Assembly (NCBI RefSeq): GCF_006345805.1
Contig: NC_042998.1
Coordinates: forward strand, 203,236,001-203,300,000
Origin: Octopus sinensis
Taxonomy: Eukaryota
Reading direction: 5' to 3'
Length of the DNA stretch: 64,000 nt
Under the pieces are notes generated by a model. The model had not been told where the DNA came from. It saw only the letters and a program-made list of their open reading frames with translations, and did no database searches. Both the position numbers and the translations under genes were made by a program. Shown in pieces: positions 62,261-64,000 of the stretch; the stretch's first letter is position 1, and the number at the start of each line of letters is the position of its first letter.

Positions 62261-62520
62261 AAATATTGAGACACACACGTTCACAAACTCACTCAAATAT
62301 AGAGACACACACATACGCAAACTCACTCAAATATAGACACACACACAAACTCACTCAAATATAGAGACACACACACACACACTCAAATATAGACACACAC
62401 ACAAACTCACTCAAATATAGAGACATACACACACACAAATATAGAGACACACACACACACAAACTCACTCAAAATATAGAGACACACACAAACTCAAATG
62501 TAGAGCCACACACACACACA
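62235..62520. repeat. Minisatellite aaactcactcaaatatagagac(ac)n, ~9 units
   Basis: Recurrent ctcaaatatagagac separated by variable (CA)n. Confidence 0.9.
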
Positions 62521-63456
62521 CCACTAATAATAATAATAATAATAATACGGCAGTGCTTGTGTGTTTGGTGCCGGCATCGATATATGTCTGTATGTGTGGC
62601 GGGTGGGGGGAAGGTTAAGTGAACGCCGGAGACAGAAATGCCGTCAGGAAGTAGTTTCCAAGTGAGAACGCCAACCGAAATCAGTTGCAGAAAAATGCAG
62701 AGGCATGATGGCAGAATATTGGAGAAGAATCAAGCATGGAACATTCAGGAATGTTTATTGTTTACCAAGTGTTTCTTTTGTCTTTTGTTGGTTTCATCAA
62801 CCATGCGGGGTTGTTTTTTTTTATTTATATATATATATAAATATATATATATATTTTTTATATATTATTTTGGTGTCTTTTTGTTAATAATTTTATTTGT
62901 TCATCAAATTTCAATAAACAAAAACAAAGAAAAAAAAGGTAAAAAAACCCCCCCCACCTTAAACAAATTTATAAAAGCAAAAAACAAAGAAAAAAATAAA
63001 TTGAAAAGCTGAGATCAGGGTAGGCAGAAAGGATAAGTATGAGGGGTGGTGGTGATGGTGAGAGGACGTGGTGTGTATATATGTATATATAATGTGGAGG
63101 TAGGAGGTAAAGTTTGGGAGGAAGAATACAGTAATGGTAGGGGAGGTGGGTGGTGGTGGATGCTGAAAACTAAACAAAAAAATGGAAAAAATAAATGAAA
63201 GTAAAATAAGAAAAAAAAAACTGGAAAAAATTGATTATAAGGGATTTTGAGAAATATTATGATACAGAATGGATGGTGAGAGTGACGTGAACATTAATAT
63301 AAGTGGTTAGTAAAATATTAATTATATATATTTAACAAATACATATTAAAAGAAAAACAGAAAAAAAATATATATAAAGGATTAATAAACAAAACTGTTT
63401 TGCATTTCTCATTCAATTAGAAGCAAATCTGTTATGGCAATCAGTTACAGCTTCTT

Positions 63457-63900
63457 CATCATCATCATCATCATTGTTTAACGTCCTTTTTCCATGTTGG
63501 CATGGGTTGGATGGTTCTACCGGGGTCTGGGAAGCCAGGAGGCTGCACCAGGCCAGTCATATCTGGCGGTGTTTCTACAGCTGGATGCCCTTCCTAACGC
63601 CAACCACTCCGTGAGTGTAGTGGGTGCTTTTTACGTGCCACCAGCACAGGTGCCAGGGGAGGCTGGCAACTGCCACGATCGGTTGGTGCGTTTTACGTGC
63701 CACCGGCACACAAGCCAGTCAAGGCGGCGCTGGCATCGGCCATGTACGGATGGTGCTTTTTACGTGCCAGGGGAGGCTGGCAACTGCCACGATCGGTTGG
63801 TGCGTTTTACATGCCACTGGCACACAAGCCAGTCAAGGCGGCGCTGGCATCGGCCATGTACGGATGGTGCTTTTTATGTGCCACCGGCACAGGTGCCAGT
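63457..63900 (-). mobile_element. RTE-related 3' tail element with duplicated subrepeat block
   Basis: Reverse complement of the RTE tail; 63655-63765 is repeated at 63770-63890. Confidence 0.8.
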
Positions 63901-64000
63901 GGAGGAGCTTATGGGGGAAAACACACACACATCTGGCAGTCGATTGGTTACAACAATGAGGGTTCCAGTTGATCTGATCAACAGAACAAACTACCCATGA

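Noticed and set aside
55554-64000. Further upstream HLCS exons (KWPND-containing)
   Set aside because: No matching minus-strand frame was found by eye; they are presumably beyond the window.

Overview
AT-rich, repeat-dominated eukaryotic DNA. The SINE/LINE families, microsatellite load and HLCS exon sequence suggest an Octopus genome; this is an inference, not database-checked. Only one host gene is supportable: the last two coding exons of holocarboxylase synthetase (HLCS, biotin-protein ligase) on the minus strand (55340-55553 and 48735-48906, GT-AG intron of 6.4 kb). The rest of the gene lies beyond 64000. Everything else is transposon-derived or simple sequence: three tRNA-derived SINE families, two APE/RT LINE remnants, RTE LINE fragments, a mariner relic, Helitron-, hAT-, piggyBac- and Tigger-like MITEs, long foldback palindromes, kilobase microsatellite arrays and one 100-N gap with a probable assembly duplication. 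The most notable signals are four. (1) Several type-I hammerhead ribozyme folds with unrelated sequences, two inside inverted Penelope-like repeats and one sense-oriented in the HLCS intron. (2) A LINE 3' tail that shares sequence and a covarying stem-loop with the main SINE tail. (3) An RTE 3' segment amplified into a satellite-like array. (4) A piggyBac-like MITE carrying a 14 x 51-bp array next to the HLCS acceptor, with a micro-inversion relative to its neighbouring copy. All calls were made by eye, and repeat boundaries are approximate unless TSD/TIR positions are given.
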